A stretch of DNA of 60,000 nt from Lama glama. Taxonomy: Eukaryota. The position numbers were made by a program, and so were the translations under genes. Position 1 is the first letter of the stretch. The number at the start of each line of letters is the position of its first letter. The notes beneath the pieces are model-generated. The model did not search any database. It saw only the letters and a list, made by a program, of their open reading frames with translations, and had not been told where the DNA came from. Of the stretch, positions 1-12,555 are shown in pieces. The DNA is taken from assembly GCA_028534125.1 (NCBI GenBank), contig CM052818.1, positions 38,256,001 to 38,316,000 of the forward strand, given 5' to 3'.

Positions 1-194
1 CGCCTCGTACGGTGTCCTCCCTGGAGTGGCTGCACCTGGCTGCCCCAGAGATATGTGTTCCAATACTGTGGATGAGGAAAGGGCTAACCCACCATTTTAT
101 TCAAATGATATTTATGAAGTGTCTGCCATTTGCAAGGGGCTATGCAAGACAGCAGGGATATACCTGTGAGCAAAACCACAAGATGCCTTGCCTC

Positions 195-1215
195 TTATTC
201 ATTTAGCAAAGATGTTGTGATTATCGACTGTGTTCGGACACTGATCTTGGCACTAAAAACGACAGCAGTGAAGGTAACACAGTCCCTGCCCCGTGCTTCT
301 TGGAGATTGCATTTCAGTGGGAGAAATGGGTTGCAGACTGATTGTATAATTGAGTATTTCATTACAGTTACCGTACACACCATCAAAGAACAGTAGAGAA
401 CTCCATGAGCGCATTTCACAGAGGACCTGACCTGGACTGAACAGTCAGGAAGAGCTGCTTGGAGAAGACGAAGTTTCATCTGAGATCTAAAGGCTGAAGA
501 GGCGAGCGTCGGGGGAAAGAAGGGGAGGGGAGGGAACCGTTCAGGAAACTAAACTATGTGGAAAGGTCATTCACTTTCCAAGACCTGCAAGAAGGCCAGT
601 GTGGCTGGAGTGTGGAGAATGAGGGGCGGAGGGATGAGATGTAAGGCTGGAATGACAAAGCGGGGCTGAACTATTCGGGCCACCTAAGGCCACGGGAGGG
701 GATTCTGAAATTGATGCCGTGGAAATGGGAAACAGCTAAGGATTTTACAAGGTAACTTGCATAATAAAATCTGATTTAAAAGCTTCTCCATATATGTTAT
801 GGGGAATTGATTGGTAGGGAAAACACCAGATGTGGGAGTCATGGGGAATTATTACAACAGTCCCAGCTAGAGACACTGTTAGGTAAGACGAGGCAGTGGC
901 TGTTGGCATGGGGACAAGAGGAGAAGGGAGGATATTTGAGAGATATTTAAGCGCTAGGCTCTTTGACTTATTTTCTGAACGGGTGCATTAAAAAGACAAT
1001 GATGTCAAGGATGACAACACATCTGGTTTGTGCACCTGGGTGCTCAGTGATGTACCATTTACTGAAATAAGGAACCGTGGAAGAGATCCTGTGATTGGAA
1101 ATGATGAGCTTACTTCTTCTTGCAGATTTAGGTATTTGTGGACTCCCATGGGGAGATGTCCAACAGATGACCTGGAACTCAGAGGTACAGAAAGAGGGAA
1201 ATTAAGATTTAGGGG
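195..1215 (-). mobile_element. L2 LINE 3' region (left part, interrupted by MLT1C)
   Basis: Starts with an antisense L2 tail (ttattcatttagcaaa...gacagcagtgaaggtaacacagtccctgccc). Continues with purine-rich antisense L2 motifs (aagaaggccagtgtggctggagtg; tgtcaaggatgacaac...gtaccatttactgaaatagg). Confidence 0.8.
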
Positions 1216-1663
1216 TGTAATGGGTGTAACTGTGTCCTCCCAAAAGATGCGTTGAAGTCCTGACCCCCAGCACCTCAGAATGTGACCATAAGTCAGAATG
1301 TGACCATGCTGGGTCATGGCGGATGTGATTAGGATGAGGTCATACTGGAGCAGGGTGGCCTCCTAGTCCAAAACCACCATGCCCTTATGAGAAGAGGAAA
1401 AGACAGAGACACAGATACACTAGGGGAGAGCACTGTGTGATGGTGGAGCAGAGATTAAAGTGTTGCAGCTGCAGGGCCTGAGGCCTCCAGGGGCTGAGAG
1501 AGGCAGAGAAGGGTCCTCCACTAGAGGCTGGAGCGGGCAGCACAGCCTGACAGACATCCTGATGTCAGACTTCTAGCCTCCAGAACTGCGAAAGAATAAG
1601 CTGCTGACGTGTTATCCACCTGTTTGTGGCACTTTGTGACAGCAGCCCCAAGAAACTAAGACA
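1216..1663 (+). mobile_element. MaLR solo LTR, MLT1C-like
   Basis: TG...CA termini. Contains tgtgtcctcccaaaagatgcgttgaagtcctgacccccagcacctcagaatgtgacc, gaggtcatactggagcagggtgg and gacttctagcctccagaactgcga, and ends gcagccccaagaaactaagaca. Confidence 0.9.
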
Positions 1664-1900
1664 AAGAGTCATTGGCCACTGATGGTCAGTAAAACCACAG
1701 CTGTGGCAAGATCACCAACAGAAATAGCTTGGGGTAGAGAGGGAGGGTCCACATCCAAGAAACGGCTCTTAAGGTAGAAGAGGAGACAGAAAAGATGCAC
1801 AGGTTCCCAAAAGATGTTTGTGGTGTCTGGCAAACAAAGTGACAAAGAGTTAAACTCAGAGGGTCAGCTAAGTGGTCCCCAAACCTCTGAGCAGCACAGG
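1664..1900 (-). mobile_element. L2 LINE (continuation after MLT1C)
   Basis: gagtcattggccactgatggtcagtaaaaccacagctgtggcaagatcacc resembles the L2 segment expected after ...gatttagg at 1215. Confidence 0.65.
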
Positions 1901-2194
1901 CAACAGACAGATGAAGATGACATGGGGGGTCCCCTTCCTGAACTTCACATGGAGGGGTCCACACATGAGGGGTCCACTTCCTGAACCTCAAGCCAGAGAG
2001 GTCAAGCATTCTTACTTTCAACCATGAAGAGAACTCGATTTTAGCAGAAAACTAAAATAAAGAATGTACGTATCAAAGTTTAATACCCAAAGTTAATTGG
2101 AGGATTAAAATTCTCATCTCACTAGTTACACAAAAATATGAATTACTTTCATCAGTCATAATATTCAGACTTTCAGCAGGTTGAGTAGAGGTTA

Positions 2195-2375
2195 TCAACT
2201 CTGTCTCAAAATAGAGTTACCAGCAATGTTTTTTGTTTGTTTGTTTGTTTTTTAAATACCAATTCCTGGAGCCTACTTCCAGAGAATTCTGGTTATTTTG
2301 TCTTAAGTAGGGTCCAGGTATCAGTGTTTTTAAAAGCTCCCAAGAAGATTCTCATTGTAGTTGAGGCCGAGGTCC
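2195..2375. mobile_element. hAT-Charlie MITE, MER5-like
   Basis: aaataccaattcctggagcctacttccagagaattctgg...gggtccaggtatcagtgtttttaaaagctcccaagaagattctcattg resembles MER5A/B. Confidence 0.7.
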
Positions 2376-2589
2376 ATGGGGAGCCAGGGCCCAGGTACTC
2401 GGCCTCCTCCTCTGTTTCACATCAGTGGATTAGCGCTAATTTGCATACTAACAATGTGCTCTTACCCCTTTTTCTTTTCTTTTTTAACAGTAAAACTAAG
2501 CTACATATGTACATGCTTGCATACTTGTATGCCTGTCTATTTAGGTGGTTAGGTCTGCTTTTAGGTGTATACTGTACAGGTTTATTTTT

Positions 2590-3105
2590 TTATTGATTTA
2601 TTTAGCAAACACTGATTATCTATAAGGTTCCTGGTATTAGGCAAAACATTGAAAATAAGACTTAGACCTTCACTCTGTGAAGCTCAGTCTGAGGTGGAAA
2701 AGGGATGAGAGCAGGCTGCAACAACGTGCTACAGTAAGTCTCTAATCAAGGATCAGCACAGGATGCTACGGAAATGTGGAGGTTCTACTTCTGCCAAGAG
2801 GGTCAAGGAAAGCATAATAGATTAACAGCTTAGATTAGTATTGCTTTAATCCAGTGCTAGGTAAGTGAGCACAAAGAGAAGGACTTTCCAAGCAGACGAA
2901 ATGCGCTGCACAAAACTGCAGGTGTGTAAGTGCAGCCTGTTACAGATCCGCCTAGTGCTCACATCACAGTTGGTGCATAGCAAGCGCTCAGTACGCGTTA
3001 TCCATCGCTGCCAGAGAGCCCACGTAGGAGACGAGGCTAGATAAGAGATGGAAAGGCTGTCATGGAAGGCCTCGTGCGCCACGACAGAGCTTGGCTTTCA
3101 TTTTC
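2590..3105 (-). mobile_element. L2 LINE 3' fragment
   Basis: Antisense L2 tail (tttatttagcaaacactgattatc...), ending gagacgaggctag...catggaaggcctcgtgcgccacgacagagcttggctttcattt. Confidence 0.65.
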
Positions 3106-3112
3106 CAGACCA

Positions 3113-3471
3113 GTGCTCAGTCCGCCATAACAAAGTACCACAGACTGGGTGGCTTAAATGACGGGGATTTAGTTCTCATGGTTCTGGAGACTGGGGAGTC
3201 CAGCGTCAAGGTGTCAACTGATACGATTTCCCAACAAGGACTCTTCCTGGCTCATAGATGACCACCTTCTCACTGTGTTTTCACGTGGTGAAGAGAGCGA
3301 GCTGAGAGCAACCTTTCTCTTCTTACAAGGACATGAATCCCATCATAGGGGCCCCACCTTCATAATATCATTAAATCTAAATGCCTCCCTTCCAAATACC
3401 ATCACATTGTGGGGTTAGGACTTCATTCAACATATGAATTTTGAGGGAACACAAACATTCAATCCATAACA
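3113..3471 (-). mobile_element. MaLR LTR, MLT1A-like
   Basis: gccataacaaagtaccacagactgggtggcttaaa...ttccaaataccatcacattg...catatgaattttgagggaacacaaacattcaatccataaca. Confidence 0.9.
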
Positions 3472-3480
3472 AGTACATAA

Positions 3481-3612
3481 ACAAATCACCTGGGAATTTT
3501 GTTAAAACACGCATTATGCTCCAGTAGGTCTGGGGTGAGGCCTAAGATTCTGCATTTTAAGCTCGTAGGTGATGCCAAAGCTGCTGGTCTAAGGATCATT
3601 CTTTAAGTCACA
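3481..3612 (-). mobile_element. MER5A-like hAT MITE
   Basis: aatcacctgggaattttgttaaaa...cagtaggtctggggtgaggcctaagattctgcatttt...ggtgatgccaaagctgctggtc. Confidence 0.8.
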
Positions 3613-3659
3613 AAGTTCAGGACCATGGCAGGGAGGAGATGGTACAAGCAGATTCAGAC

Positions 3660-3930
3660 TTTTTTTTTTAACCTTTTCTAAGCAAGAAATTGAAACATAC
3701 AGAAACTAAGAGAGGATAACAATTTAAGTCCGTAATTTAAAATTTCTGCCATATTTACTTTAACCTGTATTTTTTTCTGTAATACTTAAATGTAAATTCT
3801 AGTCATGATATTTTAGCAGTAAATACTCAGTATGCATCTTCAAAGATAAGGACATTTCCTGCCTAACCACAATACCATCGCCACTTCTAACAAAACTGAC
3901 AATATTGCTAAATCTCATCAAGTAGCATGG
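3660..3930 (-). mobile_element. Old L1 3' UTR fragment (L1MC-like)
   Basis: T-rich start; taaatactcagtatgcatcttcaaagataaggacatttcctgcctaaccacaataccatc resembles the L1MC4/5 3' end. Confidence 0.65.
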
Positions 3931-5099
3931 CTGAATCTGTGTCTTAGGAAGGTAATTCCGGTATCTGTGCGAAGTGATATTTCACCCCTACTTTTATGAG
4001 AAGGCATATATGAGTGCACACATGTATGTGTGGGAATATGTGTACATGCACCCATCTACACATCCATTCACGTGTGCACAGATGTGTTATCTGTGCTGGT
4101 GTGTGTTTGTGTTTGTAGATGCTTAAGTAGACAGAGAAGAACTCTTTTAACACCAGTGATTGCCCCATCTCCCTGGCTCTCAGGAGGCAGCGGCTTGCTC
4201 TGCGGCTGCTCGGGGTGACCTGGCTGCTGCTTTTCTGCATGGTGGGAGGCCAAGTGATGTCTGGAACCCCAAGCGGTCCATTACCAGATGTCACAACTTC
4301 TGTGTGCCCAGAGCGTCTTAACCTCAGCAGGAAAGGAAATATGACAAGACAAAAACGTGTCAAATACATGAGGATTTGAAAATCAGGGAAGCATCTGGAA
4401 TCCAGCTAGTTCATGCTGAGCAAGCCATTTGCACGAGATGAGGTTGTTGAAGGGGGGGTTTGCAGGTGAGTAATACGGGTGAGACTGGCCTTGAGCTGCT
4501 CTTTCCTCAAGGCTCCATGAAGGCCCCAGGGTCCAGGACGAAAAGACCTGCGAGTGAGGTGTTCAATGTGTCTGTTATCAAGAGACCTCTCTCGTAGGTG
4601 GAAGGGCTTGGTGTATCTTTCTTCTCTCCATGCCTCCCCTAGGCTGCTTGACAGAGTCGTATCTTACTGAAGTCACAGCCATGGGGACAGAGATGTTGGA
4701 GGCTTTGCAGAGAAGAATTATACCAGAAGTAATGAGCAGTTGAAAGTGAGCTGATCTACCATACCCAGGGAACACCGACTCTCCCCATGAGTGCCCAGGG
4801 GATAACTTCCTGTCTTCTCCAGAAATTGTTAGAAGTGGCCACAGTCCTATAGAACCAATCCAGGAGTGATTTATTGCTTTAATAATATTGGAATGAGACT
4901 AATTCTGACTGAGGGGAAACCATGTCTAAAAGCCAATCAGCAGCGTGTCGCGGGCAGTGCGAGCAGGGGGCCCGGGGCTGTGCTGCCGGGACGTCTCTCT
5001 GCCTTCTCTTAACTGCTCACTACCAACAAAACCAATGCCACCAGCACCTCCTGTGCTCCCCACACACTGGCAAAGCCAAACACGTAATTAAATTCAGGC

Positions 5100-5220
5100 T
5101 TGCAAATCAAACAGATGCAGGTTCAAGTCTCAGCTCTGCTGCTTCCAGGTGAGGGCTTCGGCAAACCACTTCACCTCTCCAAACCTCCTTTGCCTTTTTG
5201 TATAAGTGGAATGACAGCAT
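5100..5220 (+). mobile_element. MIR SINE fragment
   Basis: caggttcaagtctcagctctgctgcttcc...ggcaaaccacttcacctctccaaacctc, matching the MIR core. Confidence 0.7.
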
Positions 5221-7029
5221 TGATGGAAAAAATAACTGAGTTATCATTTATTCTTTGGGTTATGATAATTACTATTTGAAATTGAACTAAAGCTCACAGA
5301 GGACCCTGTCTGTATCTAACATACTTCTGTATACCCATAAAACACGGTAATCAACCTGATAAGAGTTTAGCACATGCTGGTTGATGTGTTGACATGTTTA
5401 CAAAATTTTCAGTTTATTTGCAAGTTCACTAATTCAGTGAACAAATGATGTCATGTGCTTACCATGTGTAAGCACACTGGGGAAACAATCCGAGGGAAAG
5501 CCTTACGGGGAATTTCGAATCTTTGGCTCTTTCAACCAGAGCATTTCTTCCTTTACCTATCCTATTATGTATTAGACGTGGCAGGTATGTTTTGTTTGAA
5601 AAATAATGTTCCTAAAACATGAGCCAGGGGATGAGGGAAGAGGTGGCAACTTGATTATCTGACTATTGCACCTGCTTTATGTAGCTCAGGGTCATGTGAC
5701 AATCACATAAGGCTTAGCTCCCACCTGTTGGGCAGGTCAGCTAAGGTACCTCAATTTAGCCCTATGATTAACGGGTTGCCATGATGTCCTGAACACTTTT
5801 TAACATAAAGTCTCCCCTCAACAACTGCCCCAGATATACTGAAGGTCCCATACCCCTCCCTTACGTCCCATGTGTGAGGACTGTCCCACCGAGCTCTGGG
5901 CAGCAAGTGACTACAAGGCAATGGTGCTGAGAGCATCCCCATGGTAGGGCCTGTGGATAAGGGACCCACTGGAAGAGCAGGGAAGAGACAGTGTGATCTG
6001 GCACTTATCAGCAACCACACTGCTCACCTCTGTACAATCTAGACAATGAAGAGCCCACAAAAGGACCTAGTTTGATTTTTCTCCATGAAGCACTTCACTG
6101 TCTCCGTGTGGTTGTTTTTATAAATCTCTACTCCCTACTCACCTCTCTTCAGTGCCCGCCACCCTCCAACCCCCGGAGCTGGGAGGAAGGTGATCACTTT
6201 AGTACGTCTTCTGAGTTTGAACTTGTTAATAAGGATCATGCAGGACATCCTGGCATAGATGAGATTTTTCTCCCAGGGCTACTGCTGATCAGTTTATTTG
6301 GCACAAAATGTGGGCATTATTAAAAGGGCTACACAGGAAATAATTGTATCCAGGGGGAACTGCACATACTTTCAGTTTAGCCATGACCTAACACAGAAAT
6401 TGGCCTGTTCTATCATTATAATAGCCAACGATCTTGACTCCTTACTGAAAATGGATTTCAAATCTGGACATATGGTTATACCTTTTTTAAAGTTTTACTC
6501 TCACAAGTTAAAAAAAAAAAAACTCAAGATACTCTAAAAACTGTATGTAACCCTTGAAATTATTCCTGGGAGCAGCCTGCTGTGATGTTGGCAGGGAGGA
6601 TGAAGTGGGGATGTGCTGGAAAGGCTATTCTCTGCAGAAACTCCGTGCTGGATCCCCTTCCACTATCAGTGTAATGCCCAGACTTGGGCCCTAAAATGTT
6701 TTACTCCCCAGTCATGGAATAAAAAGCGCTGGATTAGCTTTCACTCTTATATATAATTGCATCTGCTGCCATGTGACTGCTGAAGTCGGAGCAAGAACAT
6801 GATGAGACCGAGAGCATATGTGACCCACAGACGTATAGATTAGCCATTTAGAATTTGGTGAGCATGTCATATTAGAATGGCAATTTTCGGGGGCCACCCA
6901 CTGGCCTCTGGATAAAGAGAATTTGAATTGAATTTTAAACCTCACTTGTAACCTGAGGTAAGACATTCACAGTAAAAACAGACACTTCTTAAGACAGTGA
7001 ATATATATCTAAAATTGAAAACTAGAAAT

Positions 7030-7613
7030 ACACTTAATGGCAACCGTAAGAGTCACCACTAATGTCAGAGACAATGCAAGATTGTCCACTGTTTCCATAC
7101 TGATGTTTAAACAAGGGCAAGCCAATGCAATTAGGGGGAAAAAAAGACAGCAGGGAAGGTATAAGATTGAAATCAAGAAATATTTCTATTATCTTGTGGA
7201 TGACAGGCAGATGCTATTTTTCAGAACTCAAGACAGTCTAGATAAAAACCATTAAAACCAAAAGGACATGCTAAAATATATATAATTAATATTTTTTTAA
7301 GTTTTCTTACATATAAAATCAGAAGACATAACAGAAGAAAGGATTCAACTTATAATGTCACTCCCCAAAATGGGATAGTTTAAAATTAACTTGAGAAATT
7401 CACAGGATCCATATGAAGCTAAATGTAAACTGCTGAGTAACATGAAACAAGACTTAGCTGCATGCCATGTTCTAACACGATAAAAAGACTCAATAATGAA
7501 AAAATACATAAATTTCCCCCAAATGAATATACAGCTTGCACATGGTCCAAATTAAAATAGTAATGGGATGTTTTTAGTAGCATGACAAATAATGCTGAAG
7601 ATTTTTTAGAAGA

Positions 7614-7644
<31 letters not shown>

Positions 7645-8860
7645 TATCCCAGAAAATTCTGAGAAAGCATAGTAATGAAAGGACTGAAGTCCAACTACAG
7701 ATTAAAACATATTATGAAATTATCATGATTAAAACAATTTTGTCCTATTTTACATACTGGAGCAAATTTATGAGAAATTACATTACATGTAGTTAATGCT
7801 TTGGAAAAAGATAAAAAGAAAAAGCTTTATAGCACCTAATTCCTTATATCAATCAAAAAATAAACCAATACAATCCTAGAAGAGGGCACATGTATAATTA
7901 CTGTAACCCTAGAGTCTTAAAAATATTTCTAAGCAGGATAAAGACACTGAGAAGCCTTGGAAGAAAATGCTGATAACTATTAATACTTTAAAAAATGTAT
8001 AAATTCTCTATGGAAAAATATGATTCAAAAAATGAACTGAACAAATTCATATACATTAACAAAGAAGAGAACCCCTTTAACATACGAAGAGCTTCGTAAC
8101 AAGCAATGAAGAATGTAAGACAACAGAAAGATCGGGAAATTACATACATATTCATAGGAAGAGAGAGACAGATGGCCAAGAAGAAATGGAAAAAGAGTAG
8201 TCAAGTCCACTCACAATTAAAACCACACATATCAAAACAAGATACCATTTCTCACTAATTTGATAAAAGTCTATTATTTAAAGTGACGATCAGTTCTGAC
8301 AAAGAGATATACACACGTTCTCATAGAGAGTTCCTGAGTGTGTATGCTGTTTCATTTTTATAAAAATTTTTGAAGAACTTTTTAGCAATATATATGTCAA
8401 TTTTAGGAGAAATTTTCTTTGTCTCAGAAATTTCAGTCCTTGAAATACATTATAAATATATTTTAAGGTAAAAATATCTCTAAGCAATCTAAATGCTCAT
8501 TAATTATGTGCTGGTTAAATTGTGTGACATGTATAGCAGAAGGACATGCAATAGTAAAGAAGGAGGATACTCATGTATGTCAAAATGGGACAAGATCACC
8601 CAGACGTATTAAAAGAGTGTTGGGAAGAGCGGTGATCACATGACTCCTACGTATGGGAATTTTGTGGTGGGTGGAATTTTGTAGTGGAGTGGGTGTGTGT
8701 CTGTGTGTACAGATGTGTGTGTAAAATTTTTAAAACTACACAAGAAACTTACCCATAATTACCTTTGGATAAGGGAGCTCAAGTTAGGGAGGCAACAAGG
8801 CCTTTACTTCTTATTTTGTACCATTCTCTGTCTGTGGCGTATTGTTTCCTTTTAAACAAG
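7030..8860 (+). mobile_element. Highly decayed old L1 (L1ME-like), ORF2 3' part plus 3' UTR
   Basis: A-rich, with RT-region remnants (tcagagacaatgcaagattgtccactgtttccatact; gccaatgcaattagg). ORF2 C-terminal remnants (ttaaaaccaca...agataccatttctcac) and an L1ME-like 3' end near 8740-8860. Confidence 0.75.
7615..7638. repeat. (TA)12 microsatellite
   Basis: Perfect TA dinucleotide run. Confidence 0.95.
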
Positions 8861-9306
8861 GTATAAAGTAAAAGTGTTGGCCCTAAAAATAGGGCGTGTT
8901 TTGTTTTCTCACCTATTTTTATGGAAATAAATTTGTTTTATTATTTTTTTCTGAAAATAAAAGGCAATGTCGAAGTATCTGTCAGAAATACATAGAAAAA
9001 TTAATACATATAAAATAAAGGTAGAGAGAATACAGTTAAAATCCACCTATTATCCTCTCACCACTTAGAGCCCCTCCGAAAAGGTTACAGCATATCTTTC
9101 CTTCATGTGCCAAGTGTATGGAGCTGTATTATTTGTCAATGGGATCATATCATAGTTGCTGTTTTGGGGGGCTTTTTATATTTGACTTATCATAAGCATA
9201 TATCTATTTCCAATGTGGATTCTTTGAATCACTTTCAATGCCTACACAGGACTACAGTGTAATGGCTGTTCCATAATTTTTAATTTTTTAAATTATGGAA
9301 CCCATT

Positions 9307-9340
9307 GTATTAGTCAAGGTTCTCCAGAGAAACAAAACAG
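9307..9340. mobile_element. MLT2-like (ERVL) LTR terminal fragment
   Basis: tgtattagtcaaggttctccagagaaacaaaac matches an MLT2 LTR terminus; only ~35 bp survive. Confidence 0.6.
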
Positions 9341-9379
9341 GCTGGCATACCCCCAAATATACTTGATGCTGTCTCTATT

Positions 9380-9900
9380 ATGTATTCTGAAATTGGGAAA
9401 TTCCATGAGGTTGTGTCTATATTCCTTTCCATGTTTACTGAAACACAACATTCTCTCACAATTTTAAGCTCCAGATCTTTTCCATGCCATGGTCTTTCTC
9501 TCCCCTCACTGTTTCTGTTCTCCTAGTTCATAACCTTCGGGATAAAATCAGTCTACTTGTTTCCATCTGTGTCCTTTTCTTCTGATTTCCTGGAGAATTT
9601 CTCACATTCGCTCTTCTAATTCACCAGTTTGATCTGATACAGTGTCCAATTTGCTGTTCACTTGTTCCACTGAGGTTTTTAATTTGACAAGTCTGATTCT
9701 CATTTCCATACACTCCTCCATGGTCCTCATGACTTTTTCCCTCAACGTCATCATGCTTGCACAGAATCTTTGGTCTCGCTGAGAACACACATTTTCTATT
9801 TCTTGCAGGAATATATTTCAGCTGGAGGCCACTGTTCTAGTTTTCAAGGGTGACTTGTTTTTTGTTTGTTTTGTTTCATTTCATTTTTAAACCTGTAGTA
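9380..9900 (-). mobile_element. Old L1 ORF1 region remnant
   Basis: ORF 9602-9790(-) reads KLKTSVEQVNSKLDTVSDQTGELEER, similar to the L1 ORF1p coiled coil (LNSRLDTAEERISELED). Confidence 0.7.
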
Positions 9901-12157
9901 TTTGTTGACAGGCCTTGGTTTTTTTTCCTCCTGTTTTCTCTTTTTTAGAAGGAGAGAATCTAGTGTATCCATTACCAGTTTTTAGCCAAATAGGGAATGG
10001 GTTGCCTTCTGTCAGAAATTTGTGTCCCTGCTCCAGAAAAATTAGAGAGGAAAACCATATGTAAAATTAAATTATAACCTTCCAGTGCAGCTCGGGCAGC
10101 CTCCGCAGATCAGTGGTGACAGCTGGGCCTGAAGGAGCTCTGACTCCCTGTGAAGTGCTGTGTCTCCAGACAGAGGGAAGTCACCCCAGTAAGGCACAGA
10201 CGCCAGCATTTCTAGGCTTCTGCAGGGTATGGACCTCAATGCCAGAGACAAAACCCGGAGCCACCCCTTCGCCACTGGTTACAAATGGTCTGGAAGTCAG
10301 CAGATACAAGAGGCAGATGTGCAACACTGTCTTCCAGCTCTCACCCACCTCAGAGAGAGGGTGAAGCAGGTTCTGCTCTCATCACCCCGTTTCTTCCGTG
10401 ATACACTTTCATACCCAGAGAGGAGCCACACGCTCATCCTCTAAACTCCTTTACTGTGTTTATTTTAATTGGCAGAAATTCCTTGAAATTCCTGCCTACA
10501 TGTAGTTGATACCTTTTCCATGTTTCCATAGCTGGTGAAAGATTTTTTATAATTTGTATTTTCTATTGGTTATTTCAAAGGGGAGAGGGAGATATGTCAT
10601 CATGTCTTGAACATGAATGATTCCCCTCCATTAATTCTCCATTTTCTCTTCTCTCTCATTTCATGGCCATCAGAAATAGAACAGCTATAATTATCTTCAT
10701 TCCCTCCCTCTGCCCTTTATTTATTGGCATCACTTGAAAAATCTTTTGCCTTGATGGAAGAATTGTCATTTTTTACCTTTATTGAAAACACCCTGGAGAT
10801 TTTCCTCAAATAACTGATTAAACTATAGTTAAAATAAGTTACCACTTGATTTATTTCTCACTGTTTTGATGCACCTAAATTACCTCTTAGTTCAAATTCA
10901 TCTTTAGTATTTTAGTATCTTTTAGTAATTGCATCCACATTTGATGAAATGTGGAAGAATCTTATATTTATTAGGTTGTAAATTATTATGCAGTGTGCAA
11001 TTCTGATTAGCAAAGTGCACCATAGTGTTTTTATGGATTACTAAGAGGGAGAATGTATGGTATTACCCAAGAGAGATGAGATGAAAATTTTAGTTCACAA
11101 AAATAATGGAAACAAATGGCTTGAATGTCATATATGTTAAACTGCAAAAAGAATTATTGCTAACATCCCTCTGCCACCTGGCTCCTGAGACTACTTGAGG
11201 GGTACTTTAGTATTTTTTCCCATAATATGTAATTTATAGCTGATTAAACCACCCGTACCCTTTTTCCATTAGCTTCATGGAATGTATATTCGTTTAAATA
11301 TATTTTATATATATTTGGCTATGAATACAAATATATACACAAAAGAATATCAAAATAATGTTCCTAAGCATGGCTTAGTATGATCTGGGCTTGGTGAGTT
11401 GGAAATGGGGTTAGGAATATTGCTACGAGTTCAGCAGGACAGTAACCAAGTTATAAGATAATTATTCCTCTTCAATGGCTCTCACCATGACAACTCAGTT
11501 CTGAAACTCAACTATTATTCAGCTCAAATTATTGTCAAAGTTTAAAGCTTGAATTTTATTGACCTCCTTCTGATGTCTATGACATCTAATCATCTGGGTA
11601 TATGAAACCAGATTGTTAACAGCAAGAGCAGCTCAAAAGATTCTTTACTGTACACACCTGGACAGTTCCTTTGTTAAGCCCAAGTGATGATTCAGTCTCT
11701 GGTCTCTGTTATACATGTATAACCACCTTGGGGCAGAAATTGAACGTGGCATTCCCATCTCCCTGACTATCAAGCTACAAATCTCTCACAGCCCTGAAAT
11801 CCCAGTTTGTCTTATAGTCAAATATAGGTTATCTTGTGACTTAAATTGCAAATCTCTGTTCAACTCTTACAAAAACAAAAAGCGCACACAAAAGAAATAG
11901 AGAAAAGAAAGAAAAAAGAACAAAAAGATTAAGAACAAAGAAATGTACAGAAGGAGTCATTAGACTTTAGTGCCAATAATTCTGATAAATTTGCCACTGG
12001 CTTAAGACTATGTGGGCAAGTATGCTACCAATTCGATCCATTGGCTGATTTTGATCTAGCCCTAGAATTAAAACAAAGAAAAGTATTGTTTTCAAATGGT
12101 AAGTCCAAAAGAAGTATTGCTCCTCACTCCCAAATCCGGTCAGTAGCAGTTAGATAG

Positions 12158-12502
12158 TATATTAGTTTTCTAGTCTTGTCATTACATACCACAAACTGGA
12201 CAGCTTCAACAACAGAGATGTATTTTCTCACAGTTCTGAGGCCACAAGTTCCAGATCAAGGTGTTGGCAGGTTTGGCTTATTCTCTCTGGGCTTGCAGAA
12301 GGTCTCCTTCTTGCTGTGTGCTCACATGGCTGTCCCCTCAGTCTGACACCAGCCATACTGGACCAGGGCCCACCTGATCCAATCTGAGCTCATTTTATCT
12401 TAATTACCTGTCTAAAGGCCCTATCTCCAAATACAGTCATATTCTGAGTTACTGGTGGTTAGGATATATGAATTTTGAGAGGACATAATTCAGCCCATAA
12501 GA
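12158..12502 (-). mobile_element. MaLR solo LTR, MLT1B-like
   Basis: tatattagttttct...taccacaaactggacagcttcaacaacagagatgtattttctcacagttctg...aaaggccctatctccaaatacagtcatattctgag...cataattcagcccataaga. Confidence 0.9.
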
Positions 12503-12555
12503 CCTAAGGAACCAGAAATAATTTTAGGGCATTTGTTTTGTAACTATCATTATAG

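Noticed and set aside
11683..11766. C-box (gtgatga) and D-box (ctga) spacing resembling a C/D snoRNA, enclosing the perfect 16-bp palindrome gttatacatgtataac (11708-11723)
   Set aside because: No terminal stem or recognisable rRNA guide. About one 16-bp palindrome is expected by chance in 60 kb.
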